A stretch of DNA of 64,000 nucleotides from Gammaproteobacteria bacterium (GCA_040882865.1 JBBEAN010000003.1:33085-97084); one strand, 5' to 3'; counted from the first letter of the stretch, positions 1 to 9,839 are shown. Numbers and translations: made by a program. The notes: generated by a model from the letters alone, not told the origin.

Positions 1-86
1 ACGAACAGCATGAACAGTCCGACCGAGCCGACGATCGGCCAAGGCGCGGAATGGGGGACGTAATAGCCGCCAGCGGGTGCCGCCAT
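1..86 (-). CDS. coxC: cytochrome c oxidase subunit III, N-terminal fragment (gene runs off the window start)
   Basis: Minus-strand ATG at 86 gives MAAPAGGYYVPHSAPWPIVGSVGLFMLF..., a typical subunit III N-terminus. It lies 4 nt downstream of ctaG in a coxB-coxA-ctaG-coxC order. Confidence 0.75.
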   Translation of the reverse strand, partial: MAAPAGGYYVPHSAPWPIVGSVGLFMLF

Positions 87-90
87 GGTC

Positions 91-606
91 TTATCCTCTC
101 GCATCAAAGAACGTGTAGCCGAGCGTCACCGTCGTCACTTCAGGCGGCAGCTCAGGGTCCACGATGAAGGTTACCGGCATGTCCTTCAGCTCGTTGCCCG
201 CGAATTCCTGGCGGGAGAAGCAGAAGCACTCGGTTTTCTGGAAATATTTCGCTGCGATGCCCGGCGAGACGCTCGGCACCGCCTGCCCGGCCATCGGCGC
301 ATCGCGCAGGTTCTTCGCGAGATAGCTGATGGTATAGAGCTGGCCCGGGTGGACCTGGATGTCGCGCTGCTTCGGGCTGAATGCCCACTCACCGCTGTTC
401 GCGACGCTCGAGATGAACTGAACCGTCACGGTGCGGCTTGTGTCAGGTTCGAGCGCGGTCGATGCTTGGACCTGGCCGCCGGTCTTACCGCCGAATCCCG
501 TGACCTCGCAGAACACATCGTACAGCGGCACGAGCAGGAAGCCGAAGCCGAACATCGCCACCGCGACAACGACCAGCTGCGTGACGAGTCTCCGGTTCTC
601 GTTCAT
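91..606 (-). CDS. ctaG: cytochrome c oxidase assembly protein CtaG/Cox11
   Basis: 171 aa with an N-terminal TM helix followed by the Cox11 core ([18 protein letters not shown] ... ECFCFSRQ). Its ATG overlaps the stop of the upstream small ORF (ATGA). Confidence 0.92.
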   Translation of the reverse strand: MNENRRLVTQLVVVAVAMFGFGFLLVPLYDVFCEVTGFGGKTGGQVQASTALEPDTSRTVTVQFISSVANSGEWAFSPKQRDIQVHPGQLYTISYLAKNLRDAPMAGQAVPSVSPGIAAKYFQKTECFCFSRQEFAGNELKDMPVTFIVDPELPPEVTTVTLGYTFFDARG

Positions 607-731
607 CGGGCGAAATGGTTCATCAGTATGAATCCGAAATAGAACGCAACCGCGATCGCGGCGACAATGAGCGCCGTGCGCCGTGCCGCTGTGCGACGCG
701 CTTGTAAACGGCGGTCATCGTCCGCTGTCAT
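603..731 (-). CDS. small (42 aa) single-TM protein of the cox operon, cytochrome oxidase small assembly protein-like
   Basis: [42 protein letters not shown] has a basic N-terminus plus one TM helix. Its ATG overlaps the coxA stop (TGATG) and its stop overlaps the ctaG ATG (ATGA). The longer track ORF 603..1076 is a shadow extension antisense-free of any support. Confidence 0.55.
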   Translation of the reverse strand: MTADDDRRLQARRTAARRTALIVAAIAVAFYFGFILMNHFAR

Positions 732-2317
732 CAACGGACCTCGGGCGGCGTGCTGAACGTGTGGTACGGCGCCGGCGACGGCAATGTCCACTCGAGGCCC
801 TCGGCGCCCTCCCATACCCGCGCCGTCGCTCTCTCGCCGCCGCGCACGCAGGCGATGACCACGCCGAGGAAAATCAACTGCGTCGCGCCGAACCCGAAGG
901 CACCGATCGAGGACATCATGTTGAAGTCCGCAAATTGCAATGCGTAGTCCGGGATGCGGCGCGGCATGCCCGCGAGGCCGAGGAAGTGCTGGGGAAAGAA
1001 CGTGATGTTCACGAAAATCGTGGACAGCCAGAAATGCGTCTTGCCCCAAAACTCGTTGTACATGTAGCCGGTCCATTTAGGCAGCCAGTAATACACGCCC
1101 GCGATGATCGCGAAGATCGCACCCGGCATCAGCACGTAGTGGAAGTGTGCGACGACGAAATACGAGTCGTGGTATTGGAAATCTGCCGGCACGATCGCGA
1201 GCATCAGCCCCGAGAATCCGCCGATCGTGAACTGGATCACGAACGCGAGCGCGAACAGCATCGGCGTCTCGAAAGTCATCGCGCCACGCCACATCGTCGC
1301 GACCCAGTTGAACACCTTCACGCCGGTCGGCACCGCGATCAACATCGTCACGAACATGAAGAACAGCTGGCCGGCCAGCGGCATACCGACGGTGAACATG
1401 TGGTGCGCCCAGACGATGAACGACAGGAAACCGATCGACGCCGTCGCGTACACCATTGCCTCGTACCCGAACAGGCGCTTGCGGGCGAAGGTCGGAATGA
1501 TCTGCGACACGATTCCGAACGCTGGCAGGATCAGGATGTACACCTCCGGGTGTCCGAAGAACCAGAAGATATGCTGGAACAGGACCGGGTCTCCGCCGCC
1601 TGCCGCGTCGAAGAATGTCGTGCCGAAATAGTTGTCGGTGAGCAGCATCGTGACGGCGCCCGCGAGCACCGGCATCACGGCGATGAGCAGATACGCGGTA
1701 ATGAGCCAGGTCCACGCGAACAGCGGCATTTTCAACAACGTCATTCCGGGGGCACGCAGGTTCATGATGGTCGCGATGATGTTGATCGCACCCATGATCG
1801 ACGACAGGCCCATCAGGTGGACGGAAAAGATCAGGAATGGGAATGCGTCGCCGGTCTGGAAAATCAGGGGCGGATACATCGTCCAACCACCGGCCGGCGC
1901 GCCACCATCCATGAAGAACGTCGACAGCAACATCATGAACGCAAATGGCAGAATCCAGAACGACCAATTGTTCATGCGCGGCAACGCCATGTCCGGCGCG
2001 CCGACCATCATCGGGACCATCCAGTTCGCGAGCCCGACGAACGCAGGCATCACGGCGCCGAAAATCATCACGAGCGCATGCATGGTCGTGAATGAATTGA
2101 ACAATTGCGGATCGACGAACTGGAGACCCGGCTGGAACAATTCGGCGCGCACGACCATCGCGAACGCACCACCGACGAAAAACATCACCAGCGCGAATAT
2201 CAAATAAAGGGTGCCGATGTCCTTGTGGTTGGTCGTTATGACCCACCGACGCCAGAAGCCGACCGGCTTATCGTCGTGGAGGTCGTGGTCGTGGATTGCC
2301 GTCGCAGTGCTGCTCAT
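731..2317 (-). CDS. coxA: cytochrome c oxidase subunit I (aa3 type)
   Basis: 528 aa with heme-copper oxidase subunit I signatures: WFFGHPEVYILILPAFG, HHMFTVG, VVAHFHYVL. Confidence 0.97.
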   Translation of the reverse strand: MSSTATAIHDHDLHDDKPVGFWRRWVITTNHKDIGTLYLIFALVMFFVGGAFAMVVRAELFQPGLQFVDPQLFNSFTTMHALVMIFGAVMPAFVGLANWMVPMMVGAPDMALPRMNNWSFWILPFAFMMLLSTFFMDGGAPAGGWTMYPPLIFQTGDAFPFLIFSVHLMGLSSIMGAINIIATIMNLRAPGMTLLKMPLFAWTWLITAYLLIAVMPVLAGAVTMLLTDNYFGTTFFDAAGGGDPVLFQHIFWFFGHPEVYILILPAFGIVSQIIPTFARKRLFGYEAMVYATASIGFLSFIVWAHHMFTVGMPLAGQLFFMFVTMLIAVPTGVKVFNWVATMWRGAMTFETPMLFALAFVIQFTIGGFSGLMLAIVPADFQYHDSYFVVAHFHYVLMPGAIFAIIAGVYYWLPKWTGYMYNEFWGKTHFWLSTIFVNITFFPQHFLGLAGMPRRIPDYALQFADFNMMSSIGAFGFGATQLIFLGVVIACVRGGERATARVWEGAEGLEWTLPSPAPYHTFSTPPEVR

Positions 2318-2331
2318 TTCATCTCCTCCGC

Positions 2332-3498
2332 TTACTGCTCACGCGCCGCGCCGATATCGCGCGGTTGCACTACGTCACCGGTCTCGTTGCCGAACGCATT
2401 GCGTTCGTACGTAATCACTGCGGCGATGTCGAGGTCGTTCAGTGTCCGACCGAATGCGGCCATCGCAGGGTTCACGCGGCTACCGTGCAGCACGATGTCG
2501 ATGTGCTCGGCGAGTCGTGTCGCGTCTGCCGACATGCTGTCGCCGGTCAGCGCCGGGAACCCCATAGCCGGCAGCCCCTGTCCGTTCGGCTGGTGGCACG
2601 CCGCGCACTGGGACATGTACACGCCCTCGCCGCGCGCCATCAGCTCACCCATTTCCCAATCACGGTCGGAAGCGAGCGCTTCCGCCTCGCCGGCCTGCTC
2701 CTCGCGGCGTTCGGCGAGCCATGCGTCGTAGTCGGCCTGCTCCATCGCGATGACGACGACCGGCATGAACGCGTGGTCGCGACCACAGAGCTCGGCGCAC
2801 TGGCCGCGGTACGTTCCGGGCACGTCGATTTTCGCCCAGACCTCGTTGATGTAACCGGGAATCGTGTCTTTCTTGACGGCGAGTTGCGGGACCCACCACG
2901 AGTGGATGACGTCGTTCGACGTCATCAGGAACCGAATCTTCTTCCCGATCGGCACGACCAGCGGGTTGTCGACGTTGAGGAGGTAATTGTCGACCTGCGC
3001 GAGGTCGATGCCCGAATCCATCTGGCGCGCCTCGTTGGAGTCCTGTGACAGGTTCGAGAAGTAGCCGAACCCCTCATCGACGTAATCGTAGCGCCAGCGC
3101 CACTGGAATCCGGTGACCTGGATCGTGACCTCGGCGTCGCCCGTGGCCTCCATCTTGATCAGGGTCTTCGCGGCCGGCACCGCCATGCCGACCAGGATCA
3201 CGAACGGGATGATCGTCCAGGCGATCTCTACGCGGAGATTGTCGTGGAAGTTCGCAGATTCGCGCTTGCCCTTGCGGTGATGGATCATCGACCAGATCAT
3301 CACGCCGAACACGATCGCGCCGATGACCACGCAGATCCAGAGGATCAGCATGTGCAAGCCGTACACCTCGTGGCTGATTTCGGTCACGCCTCGGGGCATG
3401 TTCAATTTCGATGGTGTGACCGCCCAAGCGGTACCCGCGAAGCTGGCCAACAGGCCAAACAAGCTGCACGAAGCTTGCTTCAACGTGCGATAGGACAT
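2332..3498 (-). CDS. coxB: cytochrome c oxidase subunit II with C-terminal cytochrome c domain
   Basis: Carries the CuA motif CAELCGRDHAFMP and a C-terminal heme c site CAACH. The track ORF begins at TTG 3531, but ATG 3498 gives a signal-like MSYRTLKQASCSLFGLLASFAGTAWA. Confidence 0.93.
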   Translation of the reverse strand: MSYRTLKQASCSLFGLLASFAGTAWAVTPSKLNMPRGVTEISHEVYGLHMLILWICVVIGAIVFGVMIWSMIHHRKGKRESANFHDNLRVEIAWTIIPFVILVGMAVPAAKTLIKMEATGDAEVTIQVTGFQWRWRYDYVDEGFGYFSNLSQDSNEARQMDSGIDLAQVDNYLLNVDNPLVVPIGKKIRFLMTSNDVIHSWWVPQLAVKKDTIPGYINEVWAKIDVPGTYRGQCAELCGRDHAFMPVVVIAMEQADYDAWLAERREEQAGEAEALASDRDWEMGELMARGEGVYMSQCAACHQPNGQGLPAMGFPALTGDSMSADATRLAEHIDIVLHGSRVNPAMAAFGRTLNDLDIAAVITYERNAFGNETGDVVQPRDIGAAREQ

Positions 3499-3543
3499 TC
3501 CTGGGTTGCTCCTGGGATGGTCGGCAAACAAACTCTGCGGATT

Positions 3544-4245
3544 TTAAGGTTTGGGCCCAGTCTGCGCAAATCCGAGTATTCCCAGGTTGAAACGGTGTGC
3601 ATTGGATTCCGGGGTCGCGCTGGGTTCCCACGGCAATGTGGCGACGAGCGGCGCTGGCAGGCGCTCGACCAACGCGGCTATGTTCTGCTCCAAACGGCGC
3701 ATTTCCGGGTCAATGCAGTTCGCGACCCAGCCCGAAATCGTGAGGCCGGTCGCGGAAACCGCCGACGCGGTGAGGAGCGCGTGGTTCAGGCAGCCGAGAC
3801 GCATCCCCACGACGAGCAGAACCGGTAGCTTCAGTACGCGCGCGATATCTGCCATCGTGCGCTCGGGCCCGACCGGGACCAGCCAGCCACCGGCGCCTTC
3901 GACGACCATGGCGTCGCTGCGTTCGGCGAGCTTGGCGAACGCGCCTTCAATCAACGTGATATCGATTTCCACGCCGGCGTCGGCGGCTGCAAGATGCGGC
4001 GCGACCGGTTCTTCGAAGAGGTACGGGTTCAGAAAGTCGTATTCAACGGGTTGCGCGGACGCCGCCGCGAGCGCGACTGCGTCATCGTTCCGCGGGCCGT
4101 GGTTGGTCGTGACGACGCCGGCCGCGACGGGCTTCATCACGCCAACGCGGTAGCCCGCGCTCCGAAGCGCGACGACGAGCGACACTGCGGTGTGCGTCTT
4201 GCCGACGCCCGTATCGGTGCCCGCGACGAAGACGCCCGCGGTCAT
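3544..4245 (-). CDS. bioD: dethiobiotin synthetase
   Basis: MTAGVFVAGTDTGVGKT P-loop typical of BioD. It is the last gene of bioBFHCD and has an ATGA overlap with bioC. Confidence 0.9.
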   Translation of the reverse strand: MTAGVFVAGTDTGVGKTHTAVSLVVALRSAGYRVGVMKPVAAGVVTTNHGPRNDDAVALAAASAQPVEYDFLNPYLFEEPVAPHLAAADAGVEIDITLIEGAFAKLAERSDAMVVEGAGGWLVPVGPERTMADIARVLKLPVLLVVGMRLGCLNHALLTASAVSATGLTISGWVANCIDPEMRRLEQNIAALVERLPAPLVATLPWEPSATPESNAHRFNLGILGFAQTGPKP

Positions 4246-5120
4246 CGGCCCCGTACCCGGATCGATTCGACGCTGACCCGCGCTTCGGCGGGTCCCTCAG
4301 GCGCGATGGCCGTGCCCGCAGGTGGCGCGACCGCGTACCCATAGACCACCTCCCAGGTCGCCGGCAGCTTGCCGTCAATGCGGCGGCGCTCGTAGGCGGT
4401 TTCCATCGCGCTCAGCCGTCGAGGACTCGTCAGACCCAGTGGACGGCCCGCGTTCACGTTGTGGGCGCCGATTGCCTTCAGGTCGCGCATCAGGGCCATG
4501 GTGTCCGGATAAGTCACGGCCATCCGTTCGGCGTCCATCACGGGGTTCCGGAAGCCGGCGCGCAGCAGCGCATCGCCGACATCGTGCATGTCCACGAACC
4601 GATTGACGTGTACGCGGTCGTCGACAGCCGCCCAGGCTTCGCGCAGCTCGCGCAGGGTGTCGGGGCCGAAGGTCGTGAACAGCAGGCGGCCGCCCGGCTT
4701 CAGCACGCGGACGAACTCGCGGAACACCGCGTCCGGTGGCCCGAGCCACTGCAGCATCAAGTTCGAAAACACCAAATCGACACTCGCGCTTCGAAGCGGT
4801 AGACGCGCGGCATCCGCGCACACCGCGTCGAACGCCCGGAACCAGCGGCGGTGGCGGCGCGAACGCGCGGCCATCGGCTCGGCGATGTCCAGAGCGATTA
4901 CGTGCGCATGTCGGTAGCGGTCGGAAAGCGAGGATGCGCCGCGACCGGTGCCACTGCCGGCGTCGAGCACGACACGGGGTTCGATGGCCACGGTATCGAG
5001 GCGCTCGATGAGGTTGTCGAGCACCTCGCGCTGCAGCACGGCGGCCGCGTCGTACGTCTCCGCGGCGCGCGCGAACGAGCGGCGCACCGCGTCATGCCGC
5101 AGTTCGAACTCATCGGTCAT
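4242..5120 (-). CDS. bioC: malonyl-ACP O-methyltransferase
   Basis: Class I SAM-methyltransferase motif VLDAGSGTG. It sits between bioH and bioD as in bioBFHCD operons. Confidence 0.85.
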   Translation of the reverse strand: MTDEFELRHDAVRRSFARAAETYDAAAVLQREVLDNLIERLDTVAIEPRVVLDAGSGTGRGASSLSDRYRHAHVIALDIAEPMAARSRRHRRWFRAFDAVCADAARLPLRSASVDLVFSNLMLQWLGPPDAVFREFVRVLKPGGRLLFTTFGPDTLRELREAWAAVDDRVHVNRFVDMHDVGDALLRAGFRNPVMDAERMAVTYPDTMALMRDLKAIGAHNVNAGRPLGLTSPRRLSAMETAYERRRIDGKLPATWEVVYGYAVAPPAGTAIAPEGPAEARVSVESIRVRGR

Positions 5121-5877
5121 GGATGAATTCCGTCACCTGCCGCACGAACGCCGCGGGCTCATTCAGGAACGGTGCGTGCGCGGCACCGGGCGTGATGACC
5201 ACGCGCGCATTGGGCGCGAGCGCTGCAATCGCGTGCGCGGCTCCGGGCGGCGTGAGGCGGTCACGCGCGCCCGCGATGACGAGCGTCGGCGGCGAGAGCG
5301 CCGCGAGTTCCGCGCGCAGGTCGGTGTCATGCAAAATTGCGAGGCCCGCGGCGAGCCCGCGCGGGTCCGGGTCCCCGTGCTCGAACAACAGCGGCCGGAT
5401 TGCGCGCACCTGCTCGCGCGCGTGGTCGTCGCCCAGAGACTGTAACGTCAAAAAGCTCTGCACTGTTTTTCTGAAATTTGCGACGAGTTCTCGCCCGAAC
5501 CGATCGACGACTGCGACGGGTTGCGCGTGCGGCCAACCAGCGGTCGCCGTGAAGCGCGGCGTCGCCCCCACGAGCACGAGGCTCGAAATGCGTTCGACAG
5601 CGTCGAGCGCCGTGCGCATCGCGAGCAGCGCCCCGAGCGACCAGCCGAGCCAAGCGGCGCGGTCCGGCACCGCGCGCTGCACGGCCTCGGCCCAGGCCCG
5701 CAGCCCCGGCCCACAGTCGAATGCGCTGCGGCCGTGCCCCGGCAAATCGACCACGTGCACGCGAAACGATTGCGCAAGCAGGGGTACGGCATCGCCGAAC
5801 ACACCCCCGTGCAAGCCCCAGCCGTGCACGAGCACGAGGTCTTCGCCCGCGCCCGATGAGGCGACCGAGACGCTCAC
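5110..5877 (-). CDS. bioH: pimeloyl-ACP methyl ester carboxylesterase
   Basis: Alpha/beta hydrolase with LVLVHGWG and the nucleophile elbow GWSLGA. It resembles E. coli BioH, and its GTG start overlaps the bioF stop. Confidence 0.8.
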   Translation of the reverse strand: MSVSVASSGAGEDLVLVHGWGLHGGVFGDAVPLLAQSFRVHVVDLPGHGRSAFDCGPGLRAWAEAVQRAVPDRAAWLGWSLGALLAMRTALDAVERISSLVLVGATPRFTATAGWPHAQPVAVVDRFGRELVANFRKTVQSFLTLQSLGDDHAREQVRAIRPLLFEHGDPDPRGLAAGLAILHDTDLRAELAALSPPTLVIAGARDRLTPPGAAHAIAALAPNARVVITPGAAHAPFLNEPAAFVRQVTEFIHDR

Positions 5878-7025
5878 CGAAACACCCCGGCCAGTGCGTC
5901 GAGCAGCGCGTCGACTTCGTCGTCCGTGTGGGCCGCGGACAGGGTCACGCGCAATCGCGCCGTACCGTCCGGAACGGTCGGCGGGCGGATCGGCGTGACC
6001 AGGAAGCCGGCATGTTCAAGCGCCTGCGCACACTTCAGAGCCTGCGCGGAGCCGCCGACCACGAGCGGTTGGATCGGTGTGGGCGAATCGGCAAGCGGCA
6101 ACCCAAGCTGTACCGCGCCCGCGCGGAAGCGCTTCACGAGCGCGAGCACGCGCTTTCGACGCCAGGACTCCCCGTCGCTCACGCGCAATGCGGTCAGCGC
6201 AGCTGCGGCGACGGCGGGCGGCAACGCAGTCGTATAGATGTAGGTACGTGCTTGCTGGATTAGCGTCTCGATGACCTCGGCGGGACCGGCGACGAACGCG
6301 CCGAAGACGCCGAACGCCTTGCCGAGCGTGCCCATGAGTACGGGAACCTCGTGCGCGTCGAGTCCAAACTGTTCGAGCGTGCCGCGCCCGGTGGCGCCGA
6401 CCACGCCGAGCCCATGCGCGTCGTCGACGACCAGCATCGCACCGTGCGCATCGCACGCTGCCGCTAGTGCCGGCAACGGCGCAATGTCACCATCCATGCT
6501 GAACACACCGTCGGTGACCAGCAGCTTCACCGGCGCGTCTTGGTCGAGCGCGGAGGCGGCAGCCGCCGCGTCCCCGTGCGTGTATCGCTTCAGCAAGACG
6601 CCAGCCCCGCGACCTGCGTCGATCAGCGACGCGTGGTTCAAGCGGTCCTCGACGACCAATGCACCCCGCCGCGCGAACGCGTGGCCGATGCCGAGATTCG
6701 CCATGTACCCGGTGGAAAAAAGCAGCGCGCGTTCGCGACCCGTGTAGGCGGCGAGCGCGTCCTCGAGTTCGTGGTGCAGATGGTGGTGTCCGGAAACCAG
6801 ATGTGCTGCGCCGGCGCCGACGCCGTGCTTCACGGCGGCGGCCGTGAACGCGGCCACGATCGCCGGATGCGCCGCGAGCCCGAGATAGTCGTTCGAACAG
6901 AACGCAACGAGTGGGCGGCCGTCCAGAGTCATTCGCGGGCCGGCGGCGGCGTCGACTACGCGCCGGCGGCGGTACAGGCCCGCGGCTTCTCGCTCCGCGA
7001 GCGCCGCCGCCAGCGCCGGAATCAT
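5874..7025 (-). CDS. bioF: 8-amino-7-oxononanoate synthase
   Basis: 383-aa PLP-dependent acyltransferase with a TLGKAFG lysine motif. It has an ATGA overlap with bioB. Confidence 0.92.
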   Translation of the reverse strand: MIPALAAALAEREAAGLYRRRRVVDAAAGPRMTLDGRPLVAFCSNDYLGLAAHPAIVAAFTAAAVKHGVGAGAAHLVSGHHHLHHELEDALAAYTGRERALLFSTGYMANLGIGHAFARRGALVVEDRLNHASLIDAGRGAGVLLKRYTHGDAAAAASALDQDAPVKLLVTDGVFSMDGDIAPLPALAAACDAHGAMLVVDDAHGLGVVGATGRGTLEQFGLDAHEVPVLMGTLGKAFGVFGAFVAGPAEVIETLIQQARTYIYTTALPPAVAAAALTALRVSDGESWRRKRVLALVKRFRAGAVQLGLPLADSPTPIQPLVVGGSAQALKCAQALEHAGFLVTPIRPPTVPDGTARLRVTLSAAHTDDEVDALLDALAGVFR

Positions 7026-8008
7026 TGCGCGATGCGGTGCTTGACGGGCGCCGCCGGCGCGCCCGGTTCCGGCGTGATGCCGAGCCGCTCGAACAACGCG
7101 CGGTCGGCTTCGGTGTCGGGATTACCCGTCGTCAGAAGCTTCTCACCATAGAAAATCGAATTCGCGCCGGCAAAGAAGCAGAGCGCCTGCTGCTCGTCGC
7201 TCATTTCACTGCGCCCCGCCGAGAGGCGTACGTGGGCATATGGCATCGCGATGCGCGCGACCGCGACGAGGCGGATGAAATCGAGCGGGTCCACCGGCGC
7301 CGCGTCGGCGAGTGGCGTGCCCGGCACCGGCACGAGCTGGTTGATCGGAACCGACTGTGGGTGCTCGGGGAGCGTTGCGAGCGCGTGCAAAAGTCCGATG
7401 CGGTCAGAATCCTGCTCACCCATGCCGACGATGCCGCCCGAGCAAACGTTGATTCCGGCTTCACGGACGGCCTCGAGCGTTTTAAGGCGGTGGCCGTAGT
7501 TGCGCGTCGTGATAACTTCGCCGTAGTACTCGGGTGACGTATCCAGGTTGTGATTGTAGTAGTCGAGGCCGGCCTCGGCGAGACGCCCGGCCTGTTCGGG
7601 CGTCAGCATGCCAAGCGTTGCGCAGGTCTCGAGGCCGAGTTCGCGCACGCCGCGCACCATGGCCTCGACGACCTCAAGCTGCTTGTCTTTCGGGCCGCGC
7701 CACGCGGCGCCCATACAAAACCGCGTCGCGCCATTTTCCTTCGCGATGCGCGCTTTCTCGAGGACGTCTTCGACCGCCATCAGGGCCTCGCGCTCGAGAC
7801 CGGTGTCATAGCGGACGCTTTGTGAGCAATACTTGCAGTCCTCGGGACAGGCGCCCGTCTTGATGCTCAGAAGCGTAGAAACCTGGACCTGGTTCGGATC
7901 AAACACCGCCCGGTGCACGGTGTGGGCCCGGAACAGCAAGTCATTGAAAGGAAGGTCAAACAGCGCCTGGAGTTCCACACGGGTCCAGTCGTGGCGGGAT
8001 TCGATCAT
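7022..8008 (-). CDS. bioB: biotin synthase
   Basis: Radical-SAM motif [11 protein letters not shown], and colinear with the E. coli BioB N-terminus from MIESRHDWT.... I trimmed the track ORF (to 8146) to ATG 8008 because the extension overlaps the operator and the comF start. Confidence 0.93.
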   Translation of the reverse strand: MIESRHDWTRVELQALFDLPFNDLLFRAHTVHRAVFDPNQVQVSTLLSIKTGACPEDCKYCSQSVRYDTGLEREALMAVEDVLEKARIAKENGATRFCMGAAWRGPKDKQLEVVEAMVRGVRELGLETCATLGMLTPEQAGRLAEAGLDYYNHNLDTSPEYYGEVITTRNYGHRLKTLEAVREAGINVCSGGIVGMGEQDSDRIGLLHALATLPEHPQSVPINQLVPVPGTPLADAAPVDPLDFIRLVAVARIAMPYAHVRLSAGRSEMSDEQQALCFFAGANSIFYGEKLLTTGNPDTEADRALFERLGITPEPGAPAAPVKHRIAQ

Positions 8009-8015
8009 GGACCGA

Positions 8016-8044
8016 ACTATGCGAACCCGCTGACCGGCTGTCAA
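8016..8044 (-). promoter_or_regulatory. candidate sigma70 promoter of bioBFHCD (TTGACA-N17-CATAGT)
   Basis: On the minus strand, the -35 TTGACA (8044..8039) lies inside the operator half-site. A 17-nt spacer precedes the -10 CATAGT (8021..8016), which ends 7 nt before the bioB ATG. No Shine-Dalgarno sequence is present. Confidence 0.4.
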
Positions 8045-8070
8045 CCGTTCGGTACACATAAGGTTTACAA
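8038..8070. promoter_or_regulatory. BirA operator (bioO)-like inverted repeat
   Basis: Read on the minus strand this is TTGTAAACC-N15-GGTTGACAG. The left half is identical to the E. coli bioO half-site TTGTAAACC and the right half matches GGTTTACAA at 7/9. It lies 30-62 bp upstream of the bioB ATG. Confidence 0.65.
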
Positions 8071-8134
8071 GTGGCGTCAACCCGCGCGTCCCTTGAGCTT
8101 GACCCTCTGACGCGCCCCGGTCCCCACTAGCGCC

Positions 8135-8806
8135 ATGTTTCAACATTACTGCGTGCTTTGCGAGGGCCTCGCCGAGGGCCGGGACCTGTGCGTCGCGTGC
8201 CAGGCTGACCTGCCCTGGCTCGGCGCATCCTGTGTGCGGTGCGCACGCCCGCTCGCGACGGCCCCGGGCGCCGCCTGGTGCGGCCGCTGCCTCAGGCGTC
8301 CTACGTTACAGGCGGCCACGCGGGTCGCATTCCGCTATGCGTTTCCGATTGATCAGTTGCTGCAGAAGCTCAAGTTCGGCGGATCGCTGCCGCCCGGACG
8401 GGTGCTGGGTGAGTTGCTGGCGCAGGCGCTTTCGCGATGCGAAGCCGGCGTCGAAGCGCTGGTGCCGGTCCCGCTACATCCAAGGCGGATGCGCGAGCGT
8501 GGTTTCAACCAAGCCGTCGAAATCGCGCGCCCCATCGCGCGTGCGCTCGAACTGCCCCTGCTCACGCGCGCCTGTCGTCGCGTCCGCGACACACCGGCGC
8601 AAAGTGGCCTCGACGCGCGTGCGCGGCGGCGCAACCCCGTCGGCGCATTCACCGCAAGCGATACAGTGCATGGCAAGCGGATTGCAATCATCGACGATGT
8701 GTACACCAGCGGCAGCACGATTGCAGCCGTCACGCACGCGCTGCTGCACGCCGGAGCGACGCGCGTCGAAGCGTGGTGCGTCGCGCGGGGCGGCACCGGG
8801 TCTTGA
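8135..8806 (+). CDS. comF: ComF family protein (phosphoribosyltransferase domain)
   Basis: N-terminal Cys pairs (CVLC...CVAC...CVRC...CGRC) plus a C-terminal PRTase motif [13 protein letters not shown]. Confidence 0.85.
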   Translation: MFQHYCVLCEGLAEGRDLCVACQADLPWLGASCVRCARPLATAPGAAWCGRCLRRPTLQAATRVAFRYAFPIDQLLQKLKFGGSLPPGRVLGELLAQALSRCEAGVEALVPVPLHPRRMRERGFNQAVEIARPIARALELPLLTRACRRVRDTPAQSGLDARARRRNPVGAFTASDTVHGKRIAIIDDVYTSGSTIAAVTHALLHAGATRVEAWCVARGGTGS

Positions 8807-8904
8807 ATCGCGGCGCAGAGCGCCGCTCCCACCTGACACTGCCACCGGCGGTGGTAGCAGCAGGTGGGAGCGACGCTCCGCGTCGCGAAAGGTCGGACCA
8901 CCGA
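8806..8904. repeat. pair of inverted REP-like elements forming a composite palindrome
   Basis: The reverse complement of 8806-8835 (CAGGTGGGAGCGGCGCTCTGCGCCGCGATT) matches 8861-8890 (CAGGTGGGAGCGACGCTCCGCGTCGCGAAA) at about 25/30. A central palindrome CCACCGGCGGTGG lies at 8842-8854. The element sits between the convergent genes comF and ubiA. Confidence 0.7.
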
Positions 8905-8972
8905 CATCAGCCCGGCGACGGGCATCTCGCCAGGCGAGATGGAAGTCGGAGTGTGACTTCCCACGAGCAGGC

Positions 8973-9839
8973 TCATTGCAGATAATGCAGCGCGAGTCCC
9001 AAAAAAATCGCGGCGCCGAACCAATTGTTGTTCATGAACGCACGAAAGCAAGCCGCCGGCTCGCGATGCCGTGTGAGCCACTGCTGATAAGCGAACAGCC
9101 CTGCGCCGACCAATACCGCAAGCGTGAACCAGCCGCCGAGCGCCGCCCGTTGCGCGACCAGCAACAAGCCGAACAGCACCGTCGCCTGCAGCACGCCGAG
9201 AATCACGCGATCCATGTCGCCGAACAGGATTGCCGTCGATTTCACGCCGATCCGCAGGTCGTCATCGCGGTCGACCATCGCGTACTGCGTGTCATACACC
9301 GTCGCCCACAGCACGTTCACGATGAACAGCAGCCACGCGACCGGCGGCACCGCGCCGGTCTGCGCGGCGAACGCCATCGGGATCGCCCAGCCGAACGCCA
9401 TGCCGAGATAGGGCTGCGGCAGCCACGTCCACCGCTTCATGAACGGATAACTCGCCGCCAGCCCCGCGCCGACGAACGACAACAGGATCGTGAGACGGTT
9501 CATCGTCAATACGAGCAGGAACGCGGAGGCGGCAAGTGCAGCAGCGACCGCGAGCGCCTCGCGCGGCTCAATCGAACCCGCGGCGAGCGGACGGGCGCGC
9601 GTGCGCGCGACATGCGGGTCAAAGTCGCGGTCCGCGTAGTCGTTGATCGCGCAGCCCGCTGCGCGCATCAGCACCACACCGAGCACGAATACAATCACGA
9701 CGCCGACGCGCGGGCTGCCTTCACCCGCAATACACAATGCCCACAGTGTCGGCCAAAGCAGGAGCAGGATGCCGATTGGCCGGTCGAAACGCGTGAGGCG
9801 TGCGTACTCGCGAATGCGCTCGACGATCACCGCGCGCAT
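8973..9839 (-). CDS. ubiA: 4-hydroxybenzoate octaprenyltransferase
   Basis: 288-aa polytopic UbiA prenyltransferase with a NDYADRDFD Asp-rich motif. It overlaps ubiC by 13 nt. Confidence 0.92.
   Translation of the reverse strand: MRAVIVERIREYARLTRFDRPIGILLLLWPTLWALCIAGEGSPRVGVVIVFVLGVVLMRAAGCAINDYADRDFDPHVARTRARPLAAGSIEPREALAVAAALAASAFLLVLTMNRLTILLSFVGAGLAASYPFMKRWTWLPQPYLGMAFGWAIPMAFAAQTGAVPPVAWLLFIVNVLWATVYDTQYAMVDRDDDLRIGVKSTAILFGDMDRVILGVLQATVLFGLLLVAQRAALGGWFTLAVLVGAGLFAYQQWLTRHREPAACFRAFMNNNWFGAAIFLGLALHYLQ

Noticed and set aside
683-2095. 470-aa plus-strand ORF (His/Arg/Asp/Glu-rich)
   Set aside because: It lies entirely antisense to the unmistakable coxA gene. This is the typical stop-free shadow frame of GC-rich DNA, with no Shine-Dalgarno sequence and a low-complexity composition.
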